Positions 1-20,801 of a stretch of DNA of 64,000 bases are shown in pieces; position 1 is the stretch's first letter; every line of letters begins with the position of its first letter. The notes beneath the pieces are model-generated. The model saw nothing but the letters and a program-made list of their open reading frames with translations, searched no databases and had not been told where the DNA came from. Source of the DNA: Scenedesmus sp. PABB004 (lineage: Eukaryota); NCBI GenBank assembly GCA_014905635.1, contig JABVCE010000044.1, positions 1 through 64,000 on the forward strand, given 5' to 3'. Both the position numbers and the translations under genes were made by a program.

Positions 1-14
1 GCGGCGGCGCGCAG

Positions 15-8165
<8,151 letters not shown>

Positions 8166-8727
8166 CGGGGCGGGGCTGGTAGGCGCTCCTCCTAGGATTA
8201 CGCGCCGCGCGCGGCGCCGCGCGCCGCTCCCAGGCGGCGCGGCGGCGGCGGCGGCTGCAAGCGGAACGATTGTGTGTGCACATAGGCTTTTTGCAGGACT
8301 GCGCTGCGTAGCCGCGCGGCGCGCGCGCGGGCGAGTTGCTGCCGGGGCGGCGCCGCCGCGCGCGCGTGCGCGCGCCGCCACCCAGGCCTTGAACAAACGA
8401 GTTGATCGCTCCTCCCCGCCCGCTCCCTGGCCAGGCGGCCCACACAGGGGCGCACACAGGGGTGCAGCCGCGGCGGACGAGACGCCGCCGCCGCAAACGC
8501 GGACCGCCGCCGACCGGGCCGCCGGTACCTCGCTATACCTCTGCGACGTTGTCTTCTAGCCCCGAGTACGTGGCCGTGACGGTACCGGGGCCGGGGGAGC
8601 GCGGGGAGGTGAAGGCGCGCGGGTTGACGAGCTCCCTCTTTCCGCGCGGCTCGCTTGCCCCCGAGCGCCGTACGCCCGCGCACAGTCGCTCACGCTGCTA
8701 CTGCTTGTTTTTCCACCGCACGTGAGC

Positions 8728-10159
8728 ATGCCGCCGCGCAGAATGTCCGCCACCGCCGCCGTGGTCGCGCTGGCCATCCTGCTGCCCGGCGCGGCGAGCC
8801 ACGGCATCCTGGTTTACCCCAGCAGTCGCAACTGGCTTGCCTACCTAAACGGAACCGATTGGTGCCCGCACTGCCTGAACGCCGGCGGCGTCGGCGCGAC
8901 CAGCGGACAGGGCAGCCTCGTGTGGCCTGCCGGGCGCCACGGCATCTGTGGCGACCCGGCGGGCCAGCCCCAGGTCTGGGACACCGCGGGAGAGGCGCAG
9001 GTCACCCTGCGCGAGGGCCAGGTGAGGCCTGAAGCGCGCGCGCGCGCGCGCGCGTTGACCAGCCGCCGCCACGCACGCGCACGAACGCCGCCGCTGCCGC
9101 TGCACACCGCCCGCAGGAGCTGAGCGTGGACCACATCATCACCGAGAACCACGCCGGCCGCATCGACCTCGCGCTCTGCGACGTCGACGCCACGTCCGCC
9201 GACGGCTGCACGCAGCTGCAGCGGTGCGCGCGCGCGCTCCGCCCTGCGCCCCCGCGCGCGCCCTCCGCGCCGCGCCCGCCCGCCCGCCCACGCGCCCGGC
9301 CGCCGCTGCCAGGCTGGACGGCCGGGGCGAGTACTGGTACCAGCCGATGCTGGCGAGCTGGTCGGGCGGGGACCCGGGGTACGTGCAGCCCGCCTATTTT
9401 GACGGCAAAGGGGCCTGGTACCTGCTGCCCGACATCGTCGGCCCCGCCGAGGGCTGCACGGGGCAGTACAGCTGCACCCAGTTCAAGGGCTTTGTCACGT
9501 TCCGCACCTCCTGGCGCCTGCCCGACGCTGCGCCCTGCCGGCGCTGCAAGCTGCTCTGGTGCGCGCGCGCGGCGCGGCGTCCTGCGCCCCGCCGGCAGCG
9601 CGGCCCGGCCTGCGCCCACGCACGTCGGCGCCCCCGAGCCCCCGCAGGCACTACACCACCGCCCACAACTGCTGGCCGCCGTGCGCGCCGGGCAACAAGG
9701 ACGAGGTGACCTGCCCCAACGGCCAGGCGTACGCGACGTGCGGCACCTCGCCGGCAGCCTACCCCGAGGAGTTTTGGAACTGGTGCGGCCGCGCGCCGTG
9801 CGCGGTGGCGGGCGGCGAGCGAGGCGGCTCCTCGGGCTGCGGCGCGCGCCCTGCCCGCCGCGCTCACGCCGCCGCCCGCGCCCGCGCGCCGCAGCGCCGA
9901 CGTGCGCGTGGTGCCCGCGTCCGAGGGCGCGGCCGCGGCGGCCCACGGCGCGCGGCGCGGCGGCGGCCGGCGGCGCCGCGACGGCGCCAGCCCCGCCGCC
10001 CCTGCCTGGGAGGCCAAGGTGGAGCTGCACACCGAGCCGTTCGGCACGCCGCGCCAGGTCCGCATGTCCGGCGGCAGCTGGTCGGTGATGCGGGTGGAGC
10101 GCCAGCGCGTCGCGCCGCCGCCGGCAGACGGCGCGCGCCGGCTGCTGTGCGCCGACTAG
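8728..10159 (+). CDS. Secreted lytic polysaccharide monooxygenase (LPMO, AA15/AA10-like), 5 exons
   Basis: Exons 8728-9021, 9117-9223, 9313-9558, 9648-9782, 9895-10159. Signal peptide (AAVVALAILLPGAAS) is followed by N-terminal His (HGILVYPSSRN), then ICGDP, TENHAGRIDLALC, CKLLWHYTTAHNCW and PEEFWNCADV. Confidence 0.85.
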
Positions 10160-10687
10160 CGCTAGGGCTAGCAGCAGCCGCCAGCAGAGGCCCGGCGCAG
10201 CCCCGCCGCGCGCCGGCTGGCGGTGCCTGTGTGCAGATACAATGAAATCCCCTTGCCGGCGCGCTTGTGCGTGTCGTGTCGCCGTGTGTGGCGCCGCCGC
10301 AATGACGATAAGAGAGAGGACCAACCCAACCCGCGGGCAGGGACTGCCGGCAGTGTGTGCGTGTGTGTCTGTGTGTGTGCGCGCCCGTCCGCGCCGCCGC
10401 CGGCTCGCTGGACAGCGGGCCGCGAGGAGTGTGTGTGTTATTGACCGCTCACCGGGCGACTATGTGCGCGCGCCGATCGGCGCGGCGGGCTCGCGAGCCC
10501 GCCCCGGCAGGGCGCGTGGCTCGCGTCGCTGGGCTTGATTGATTGACTTGCGCGCGGCCGGCCGCTGCGGCGATCGCAGCGCCGGCCGCCAGCATTTGAG
10601 TGCCTCCTGCGGCGCCGCGCGTGCTCCAAGCCGCCGGCGGCCGCCCGAGGAGGGCGCGTGCGCGTGTGTGTCCGCGCGGCGTCGCTG

Positions 10688-10692
10688 TTACA
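10688..10692 (-). terminator. Putative TGTAA polyadenylation signal of the WNK-like gene
   Basis: TTACA on + about 530 nt downstream of the WNK stop; TGTAA is the known chlorophyte poly(A) signal. Confidence 0.45.
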
Positions 10693-11223
10693 GCTCCCTC
10701 CCCCCTCGCGGGCGCTCGGGCGCTCGTTCGCGCGCTGGCGACGCCGCGGCCGCCCCCAGTCTTGTCTGTACATGCGCAGGGGGCACGCGGCGACGGGTCG
10801 GGCGCGAACAGCACACAGCACGCAGCACGGACCTGCGCCACGCATCATCGGCAACACGCACGCGCGCGCGCCAGGGCAGCGGGCGCGCAGCCGCTGCCCG
10901 CCGCAGCACCGTGTGCGGGAGTCAGCAAACCTGAGCAGACACAGCGCGCACGAGCAATGCGCGCGCGGCGGGCACGCCGCAGCGCAGCTGCGGCGCCGGC
11001 CCTGCTGGCGCCGCGCCGGCCCGCCGCACCCGCTGGGCCGCCGCCCCCACCGCCCCCCGTCCCCCGCCGCGTGCGCGCCCCCCGGCGCTGGCCGGGAGGG
11101 CGGCGGCGCCGCCTCGGCGCCGCGCGGCCGCGCACCCCGCCGCCCCCCGCGCCGCGCGGCGCGCCGGGCCCGCCGCTGCCTGGCCCGCGCGCGCCGCGCC
11201 GCGCCGACCGCGCGCCGGCCGCG

Positions 11224-13475
11224 TCACTTGCCGTCCGAGCCGGGCATGTCCTTTGCCAGCCACTCGCGCAGCGCGGCGGCGCAGATCTCGGTGTCCGTCG
11301 GGCTGAGGCTGAACTCCTCGCTGATCTCGGCGGCCAGGTTGTCCGCGGTGTCGACGTCGGGGTCAAACACAAAGTCGATCGTCCGCACGACCGGCGGCGA
11401 CGCACCCTCGCCGCTGCCGCCGTCGTTGACCTGCGGCGCGGCGCGCGCCGGCGCGGCCGCGGCTCTCGCTGCCGCGCGCCGGCGCCGCGCGCGCCGCCGG
11501 CGCGCGCGGCGGCGGCGCTGCGCGCCCCGCCCGCCGACCCTGAACCCTGGACCGCCGCCTCGGCCCCCGGCGCCCACCTGTGTCATGAGCAGCCGGAAGT
11601 GCATCTTGCCGTCCTTGACCTTGCCCTGAAACTCAAAGTTGTAGTCCTCGCCCCGCAACTTGCCGATGGCGATCTGGCCCGCGCCCTCGCCGTCGCCGTC
11701 GCCGGCGCCGCCGCCGTCGCCGGCGCCGCCGCCCGCGTCGGCCGACGCGCCCGGCGCGGCCGACGGCTCCGGCGGCGGCGTCTTTTTGACCTGCAGGAAG
11801 GGGTCGTCGAGCAGCTGCGCCGCGCTGTGCCGCTCCTGCGGCGCACCGACGCAGTTGGCGATGAACCGCGCCGCCTCGGCGTCCGCGACCTGGGCGGGCG
11901 GGCGGCGCGGCGCGGCGTGAGCGGCGCACGCGCGACGCGCGGGCGCGGGCGCGGGCGCGGCGCCGCCGCCGGCGCACCTGGTGCAGCAGCTGCGGCACCT
12001 CGACGCAGTGCTGCGGGTCCAGCTGCTTCAGCGTCAGCAGCTCCAGCATGCACAGGCCAAACGCAAAGATGTCGCCGAGCGGGTCCTGCGCACCCGCCGC
12101 GGGGCGGCGGCGGCCGTGGGCGGCGGCGCGCGCGGGCGGCGCGCGCGCGACGCGCCGCAGGAGCACCCACGGCGGGGCGCGCGCGCGCGCGCGCAGGCAG
12201 GCACGCGGGCGCACCTTTTGCATCGCCTCCATCTCTGGCGGCGGCTCCTGCTCGCTCTCCTCCCAGCGCAGCGGGATGAGGGTGGCGAGGCCGAGGTCGC
12301 CGATCTTTATCTCCCCGCTGTGCCCGTTGACGTAGATCTTGTCGCACCGCAGGTCGCCGTGCACCACGGGCGGGGTCATGGCGTGGAGGTACTGCAGGCC
12401 CTTGAGGATCTGCCGCGCCATGCGCTTCACCGCCTGCGCGGCGCGGCGGCGTCGGCGCGGGGCTCAGCGCGCGGGGCGGAGGGCCGAGCGCGCCGCCGCC
12501 GCTGCCGCGGCGCCTGCGGCCGCCGCCAGAGTCCCTGCTGCCGTGCCGGCCCCTGCTTGCACTGCAGGGCGCCCTGCACGGCCCCTGCGCGCGCCGCGGG
12601 GCGCCGCCGCGTGGCGCCGCCGCGTGGCGCCGCGCTGCGACACGCACCTTGAGGTCGAGGTGCTTGTGGAGGTTGCGGTACTGGCGCAGGTTGCCGCTGG
12701 TGAAGAGCTCGGTGATGAGGTTGATGCAGTGGCTGCCGCCGTCCTCCCAGCACTCGAAGCACTTTATGATGTTGGGGTGCTCCAGGTCGAGGCCCTTAGT
12801 CATCTCGCCCACGATGTCGGCGAGCTGCGCGTCGCTGAGGTGGTGCGGCTCGGCCGTGATCTTGGACCACGCGACGTCGATGCCGATCTGGGTGTCAAAG
12901 GCCTTGTAGATCTGCTTGAACCGCCCGCGCCCCACGACCTCGGTGTACCTGCGCGCGGCGCGTGGGGGGCGCGGCGTCGCAGGCGGCGGGCGCGGCGCCG
13001 GCGGGCGGCGGGCGCCGCGGGAGGCTGCTGCGCACGGGGCCGCTGCGAGAGGCTGCTGCTGCTGCTGGCGCTGCTGGTGCTGCGGCCGCGGCGGCGGCTG
13101 CCGGCGCGCGCCCGCGGCGCGGGGTGCCCGCGCGCTGCAGTTGTAACCGCCCCCCTGCCGTGGCTGCGGCTGCACCGCTGGCTGCTGCATGCACACCCCG
13201 GGCCGCCAGCGCGCGCCGGCGAGGGGCGCCGGCGTGGCAGCGGCCGCGCGCGCCGCGGGCCACGCGCCACGGGCGCACGCGGCGCGCCGCCGCGCGGCGG
13301 CGGCAGCAGCAGCGGCGCAGCCCGCCGTCGCGGCGCCGCCGGCGCGCGCCCGGGCTCCGCACCTGTAGTAGCGCCCCACCGGGTCGACCTCTGCCACCTC
13401 GTCCTCGTCCCCGACGTGCGGCTGGGCTGGCTCGGCCTCGCCGTCGGCGTGGTTAGCGCCCTCGCCCTCCGCCAT
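11224..13475 (-). CDS. WNK (with-no-lysine)-family kinase-like protein, probable pseudokinase, with C-terminal CCT/OSR1-like domain
   Basis: Exons give [117 protein letters not shown] and C-terminal [21 protein letters not shown]. Confidence 0.9.
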
Positions 13476-14199
13476 CGCGCCCCGCCGCCCGGCGCGGCTG
13501 CGCCCGGCGCGGCTGCGCGTGCGTGCCCCTCGCGTCACCAGGCGGGCATGAGCTCAGCTGCCGCCGTCCATCGCCCGCCGCCCGGGCCGCTAGGGGGCGT
13601 GCTGCCGCTCCGCCGCCCTGCTGCTCGGCCCCAAGGGGCCGCGCGCGCGCGGGACGCGCCCAGGCGCCGCCACCAGACGCGGGAGAGCCGCCAGAGGCGG
13701 GGCAGGGGGCCCTGCGCCGTCCGCGGCGCCCGGCGTGCCCGCGTGTCCTGCCTGGCTCGCCGCAGGCGGTGCTGGCGGTGCTGGGTGACGGGCAGGGCAA
13801 GGCAGGACGCAAGGGGCCGAGCTGTGGGTCGTCGAGGGCGAGGGCGCGCTTGCCATCGCCTGCCTGCACCCCGCGCCCGCGCTGGGGCTGACTGTTCGGG
13901 GTTCCCTGCGCTCAGCGATCGTCGGCGTGCGTGAACGCCTACTGACGCGCGCTCGCGGCCCGCGCCCGCCTCTGGAGCGAGCTGCGGCCGGTGGCGGGCG
14001 CGCTCGTGGGCGCAGCCCTCGGCGGCCGATCGAGGGCGCCGGGCAGCGGCCAGGCACGACGCAGGGCGCTGCGCGCGCAGCTGCGGCGCGACGCGCGCCG
14101 GCGGTTGCGCGCGGGCCGCCGCCGCTCGCTGCGATGCGGCGCCCGGGGCGGTCACCCAGCCCCGGCAGGGCGCCCGGCCCCCGCCGCTCCCCGCCCGCC

Positions 14200-16677
14200 T
14201 CAGGGCGGCAGGACCATCTGCAGCGCGCGGCCGGCGCGCTCGAGCGAGCGCACGAGCGACAGCGCGTCGCGCACGGCGCGCGCCTCCCACGTGCCGCCCT
14301 CGACGACCAGCAGCTCGAGCGCCGGCAGCAGCGCGGGCAGCTGCGCCAGCGACAGGCCCTCCACGGGCGCGCCACCGCCGGCGAGGCTGCCGCTGCTGCC
14401 GCCGAGCGGGGCGCTGAGGCGCGCGAAGCTGCCGCTGGGGCTGCCGCCGCCGGGGCTCGCCGACGCGCCGTGCGGCGCGCGCGCGAGCAGGCGCGCGGGC
14501 TGGCGCCGCCGGCGCTGCCGCCGCCGGCGAGCCACGCGCCCGCGCCCGCGCCGGCGAGGTGCGAGTGCGCGAGCGCCGCCTCGCCGCCGTGCGCGCGGTG
14601 GCCGCCAAAGGCGAGGCTGGCCGCGCAGACGCGGAGCTCGCGCAGCGCGGCGCACGCGCCGACCCAGGCGGGGATGCCTCGCATGCGCCCCCGCGCGCCG
14701 GCCTGGCCGCCCAGGTCGAGCACGCGCAGGGCGGACGCAAAGGCCACGGCGGCGCCGCCGCCCGGGCCGAACCCCGCGCCTGACAGCGCGTTGCCCTGCA
14801 GCTCCAGGCGCGTGAGGTGGGGCAGGCCCGCGACGACGCCGGGGAGCTGCCCCAGCGCGCAGTGCGCGAGGCACAGCCCCGCGAGGCCGCCGAGGCGCGT
14901 GAGCTCGTCGGGCAGGCAGGTCGCCGGGCTGAGTGCCATCGCGGGGTTGCCGGCCAGGTCGAGGTCCGCCAGCGCCGCGAGCTGCGTCACGCAGCCCGGA
15001 AGCGCCGACAGGCCCACGTCCACGAGCGCCAGGCGCGTGAGGCTCGTGTTGGCAAACGGCCGGCCCTCGAGCGCCGCGCCCGCGGCGGGCGCGGGCGCGG
15101 CGGCGCCGCCGCCAGCGCGACCAAACCGCACGGCGAGGCGCCGCCGCGCGCCGTGGTGGTGCGGGTGCTGCCGCTCCTGCTCCGCCGCCGCGAGCAGCAC
15201 CACCAGCTGCTGCTGCGGCCGCTCCATGGGCAGCAGCTGCGGCGCGGCGGCGCCGGGGCTGCGGCTCGCGCTGCTGATGGTGAGGCTCGCCAGCTGCGGC
15301 AGGGTGAGCAGCAGCGGCAGCGGGTTGCCCTCGACCTGGCACCGCTCCAGCGTCATGCTCGTCAGTGCTGTGGCAGCGGGGGCCGGCGGCGGCGGCGGCG
15401 GCGTCGGGCACGGCCCCGGCCGGCCAGCCGGGAGCGCGGCGCACGCGCCGCGCCGCCGTGCCCGCGCGCCCCCGTGCCGCGCACCCGTGAGCTCGCCGAG
15501 CTGCGCCGGCAGGGCCTCGAGCCACATCCCGCCCAGGCTGAGGCTGTGCAGCCCCGGCGGCAGGTCGCAGAGGCAGCAGGGGCTGGCGGGGTGGATGTCG
15601 AGCGACAGCCGCAGCTGCCGCAGGCCCGGCAGGAACCCGAGCGCCATCAGCCCGCCGTCCAGGCAGGCCTGGCTCGCGCACGAGAGGTCGAGCTCGCGCA
15701 GCTGCCGCACGCGGCCTGCGGCGCCGGCGGCGCGGGCGGCCGGCGTGTGCGGCGCGCGGCGCGGGCGCGGCGGGCGGCCGGCCGTCGCGGCGCGGCGCGG
15801 CGCGGCGCTGTGCGCACCGAGCGGCTCGTACGCGTCCGTGCCGTCCACCGCGCCCAGCATGTGCACGGCCTCCAGCCGTGGCAGCGCGCCAAGCAGCTGC
15901 TCCAGGCGCGTGCGGTTGAAGTCGTGCGCCGAGTGGTGGGTGAGGTCAATCACGAGCCGCGCCGCGCCGCCCGCCGCGGCGCCGTGCGCGCGCAGCCAGC
16001 CGAGCACCGCGGCGCCGCGCAGGCGGCAGCGCGGCTGGTGGTGGTGGTGGTGGTGGCGGTGCAGCGAGAGCCGCGCGAGCTGCTGCCGCACCGCGCTCGG
16101 CGACGCGCCCGCGGGCGCGCCTGCGGCGGCGGCGGACGCGGGTCGGCGGGTCGGCGGGTCGCACGGGCGCCGGGCCTGCCGCGCGCTCGCGCCTCACACA
16201 CGCAGCCCCCATGCGCTCACCGCCGCCGGGAGCAAACTGCGACGCCCAGTAGCCGCCCGCGTCGCTGTCCGGCGACGAGCCGAGCACGGGCGACGCGCCG
16301 CGCGCGGGCGTGGACGCGCCCGAGCCGCACGGCTCCGCGCCGCCGCTGCCGCCGTGCGGCTCCGCGCGCCCGCCGCCGCTGCCGCCGTGCGGCTCCGCGC
16401 GCCCGCCGCCGCCGCCGCCGGCGGCGCGGCGCACCGCCGCGGCCTCGGCGGCCGGGTCGATGAGCAGGCAGCGGAACAGCGCCGGGCTGCTGCGCACGAG
16501 CCCGCGCCAGCGCCGGCACACCGCCGGCAGCACGGTGCGCAGCCAGATGAAGCGCGCGACGGCGGCCTTGTGGGGCGTATCGGGGTCGGAGCAGGCCTCC
16601 GAGAGCGCCGCGAACACCGCGCGAAGCGCGTCGTCTGGCAGCGCCGCCGCCGGCGTCGCGGCGGGCTCTCCGTCCAT
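14200..16677 (-). CDS. F-box/leucine-rich repeat protein
   Basis: N-terminal F-box-like LPDDALRAVFAAL...LPAVCRRWRGLV; LRRs such as LTRLALVDVGLSALPGCVTQLAALADLDLAGN and LTRLELQGNAL; apparent frameshift near 14485. Confidence 0.75.
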
Positions 16678-17196
16678 CGCACCGCTGCCGGGCAGCGCGC
16701 CGGGGCGTCTGCCGGGAGGCCGGCGGGCCGCTGCGCTGCCGTGTGGCGGCGCGAGGGCCACCGCGCGGCGGGGAAAAACTGCTCCTTGCCTGGTGCTGCT
16801 GCTCCCTGCTCCTGAGCAGGGGTGAGGCGCCTGGACGTCGTTGCCAGAAGTGCGGGGGCGCCTTGACGGTCCAGTGGACGCCGCGGTGTCGCGGCGGCGC
16901 CGCCGGCGCAGACCCCAAAAGTCACCACTCGGCAGCACGAGAAGCCCCGGCGTCGCTCCGTCGCCGTACTGCTCTCCCCGACTCCCGGAGGAGCGCAGCC
17001 GCCGCGCCCGCGCCTGGTGCTGCTCGCGACTGCTGCTGCCGCCCGCGCTGCTGCTCGCTCGCCCAGCGCACAGCCCGGCGGCGCACCGCACTCGCCGGCG
17101 GTGGATGAAGGACAGGCTCACGCCGCGCCGCGCCCGCGCCTGAGCGCGCCGTGCCCGCAGCCGCCGGCGGCGGCCGCCGCTGCTGCGCGCGCCCCG

Positions 17197-17671
17197 ATGC
17201 CGGGCGGCGGGGCGCTTTTCAAGCCCTTCCGGGCGCTGGGCTACATCACCGAGGATGTCCCCTTCGCCGTGCAGCGCCGCGGCAAGGAGACGTACGCGGT
17301 CGTGTCGGTCGGCCGCACGTGGCAGGTCCGCAGCGGCTGGCGCGCCCGTGTGCCGCGCCGGCCCGCGCGCCGCGCCGCGCCGCGCCGCGCCGCGCCGCCA
17401 CTGGGCCGCCAACGCGCGCCGCCGCCGCCGCCCGCCGCAGATCTACAACACTGCCAAGCTCACGCTGGTGATGGTCGGCCCGCAGCTGCCGCACTCGGTC
17501 TCCGCGCTCGCCTGCAAGGGTGACCTCACCTTTGCCGCCGCGGGGCCGACCATCCACGAGGCGCGCCGGGCGCACACGTGAGAGCGGCGCGGCAGCCGGC
17601 GGCGGCGCTCGCGGCAGCAGCACCGCACCGGCAGCTGCCGGCGCCGGCCGCAGCACGCATCGTCCGCCCAC

Positions 17672-17717
<46 letters not shown>

Positions 17718-20364
17718 AGCTCGGGCGCGTACGTCGGCGGCCACCGCGGCGGCGTGCTGCAGCTGCTGGTGCTAGGGACCGAGTTGCTCAGCCTCGGCCG
17801 CGACGGCCGGCTGCTGGTCTGGCGCATCGGGCAGTACGGCGCGCCCCACGTCGCGATCGACCTCGCCGCCGCCGCGGCGTCCGCGCCGGGGCGCGGCGGC
17901 GCCGGCGCCGGCGCCGACGGCGGCGCGCCGTTTGTGCCGCGCTGCATGGCGCACCCGGACACCTACATCAACAAGGTCGTGGTCGGCGGCGCCGACGGGC
18001 GGCTGCTGCTGCTTAACTTTATGACCGGCCAGCCCGTCCACGCATTCGCGGGCTGGTGAGCGCCGCGGCGGGGCGTGCGCGCGCCGCGGCGGGGCGAGCG
18101 CGGTACTGCCCCGCCGGCGCGCGCCACCGCCGGCCCGCCGAGCGCGCCGCGCGCCGCGCGCCGCGCCGCGCCGCGCCGCGCCCGCAGGGGTCGCCCGTCG
18201 CGTGCGTCGCGCCGTCGCCGGCGCTGGACGTCGTCGGCGTCGGCCTCGCCGACGGCCGCGTGGTGCTGCACAACCTGCGGTACGACGAGCAGGTGCTGGC
18301 CCTCTCCAACGCCGCGGCTGCGGGCACCGCCGCGGCGCGCTTCCTCGCTGGCTCCGCGGCAGCAGCCGCCGCCGCCGCGGCGAGCGTCGCGGTGACGGCG
18401 CTGTCCTTCCGCACCGGTGCGTGCGGCGCACTCAGCGGCGTGGCCGGCGCGACGCGCAGCGCGTTGTACGCTGCGCGCGGGCGGCCGTGACGCACGCCGC
18501 CGCCGCCGCCGCGCAGGCCAAGGGCTGCCGCTGCTGGCGGTCGGCGGCGCGGCGGGGCTCGTGGCGCTGTGGAACCTGGAGGGCCGCTGCCTGCACGCCG
18601 TGCTGCGCGACGCGCACGACGCGGCGCTGCTGGGGCTGCACTTCTTTGCCGGCGAGCCGCGGCTCATGAGCTCGGCGGCTGACAACAGCATCAAGCAGTG
18701 GGTGCGTGGCACCGCGTTGCAAGCGGCCTCGCGGCGCGGGGCCGGCGCGCCGCCTGCGCGTGCCGCGCGCAGCGCTGTCCGCCGCGCCCCCGACCGACCG
18801 CACGCACGCGCACACGCACGCGCGCGCCCGCGCAGGTGCTGGACGGGCCAGAGGCGGTGCCGCGGCTGCTCAAGTTTCGGAGCGGCCACAGCGCGCCGCC
18901 CACGGTCGTGCGGCACTACGCCGAGGTGCGGCGGGCAGCGCGGGCTCCGGGCTCGTGCTGCGGGAGAGGGGGGGGTGCTCTTGTCACGGCGCGCGTCGTC
19001 GACACGCGCGCCGCGTGCGCGCTGCGCGCCCGCTCTGCCCCCCCCCTCCCCCACGCAACCCGCCGCCGCGCCGCCGCCGCCGCCGCAGGGCCTGCGGCTG
19101 CTGAGCGCGGGCGCGGACCGCTCGTTCCGCGTGTTCAGCACGATTCAGGACCAGCAGAGCCGCGAGCTCAGCCAGCGCAAGACCGCGGCGCGCGCCAAGA
19201 AGCTGCGCGTGGAGGAGGCGGACATCAAGCTGCCCCGCGTCGTCGCGCTCGCGGCGTGCGAGGTGCGGCGCGTGCGCGGCGCGCTCCTGACTCCCGACGC
19301 GGCCGCCCCTGACTCCCGACGCGGCCGCCGCCGCCCGCGGCCTGCCACCCGCCCGCCCGCCCGCGGCCTGCCACCCGCCCGCCCGCCCGCCCGCCGCGCG
19401 CGCACTCACCCTCGCGCCGCGCCGCGCCGTGCCGCGCGCAGGCGCGCGAGCGCGACTGGGCCAACGTCGTGACCTGCCACGCGGGCGACCCCGCCGCTTA
19501 CACCTGGCGCCTCGCGCACTTCACGCTCGGCGAGCACGCGCTGCTGCCGCCGCCCGAGGACGACGGCGGGCCGCCGCCCGCGCCGGCGAGCGCGGTGGCC
19601 GTGAGCTGCTGCGGCAACTTTGCGCTCGTCGGCAGCGAGGCGGGGCGCGTCGACCGCTACAACCTGCAGAGCGGGCAGCACCGCGGGGGCTACGCGCGCC
19701 GCGGCGCCGACGGTGCGCCGCGCGGCGGCGGCCGCGGCGCCGCGCCGGGGCGCCTCGCGCTGCGCTGCGTTGCGGCGGCTCGCGGGGCCAGCGCGCACGC
19801 ACGCCCACGCCCTCCGCGCGCCGCGCCGCCCCGCGCGCGCGCAGGGGGTCACCTGCCGGCGCACGACGGCGCGGTCGTGGGGCTCGGGTCTGACTCGGTC
19901 AACGCGCTGCTCGTCACCGCGGGCGCCGACGGCGCGCTGCTCACGTGGGACTTCCGCAAGCAGGCGCCCGCCGGCGCGCTCGCGCTGGGCGCGCCGGCGG
20001 CGCGGCTCGCGCTGCACGCGGGCAGCGGGCTCGCCGCCGTCGCGCTGGACGACCACCGCCTGGTGCTGGTGGACATTGAGGCCTGCCGCGTAGTGCGGCG
20101 CTTCGCAGGCCACACGTGAGTCGCGCGACCAGGGCGCGCTCGCTGGCTGACGCCGCACGCGCGCGCGGCCGGGCCGCGCGCGTTCCGCCCGCCGCCGCCT
20201 CTGCCGCCGCCGACGACCCACCCGCCGCCCCCCCCCCCCCCCCGCAGCGACCGCGTGACCGACCTCGCCATCAGCGCCGACTGCCGCTGGCTGCTCACGT
20301 CCTCCATGGACGCCAGCCTGCGCGTGTGGGACATCCCCGCGAGCCAGTGCCTGCAGGCACGCCG

Positions 20365-20413
<49 letters not shown>

Positions 20414-20760
20414 TGCCGCCGCCGCCGCCGCCTTGGGGCCGCGCCCGCGCCGCCGCGCCCGCGCCGCCGCGCCCGCGCCGCCGCGCCCGCGCCGCCGCGC
20501 CCGCGCCGCCGCTGCGCAACGCGCCGCTGCCGCCGCGCCGCGCCGCGCAGGTGATGCACATGGGCAGCCCCGTGACGAGCCTCTCCCTCGCCGCCGCGGG
20601 CGACCTGCTCGCCGCGGCGCACGCGGGCAAGCGCGGTGTGTTTCTCTACAGCAACCAGGTCATGTTTGGCGACCCCTCCTCCGTGGCCACGTACGGCAGC
20701 GAGGCGGTGCCGGTGCACCTGCCCAGCATCGCGGCGGGCGGCGCCGCGTCGCGGCCGCGC

Positions 20761-20801
<41 letters not shown>

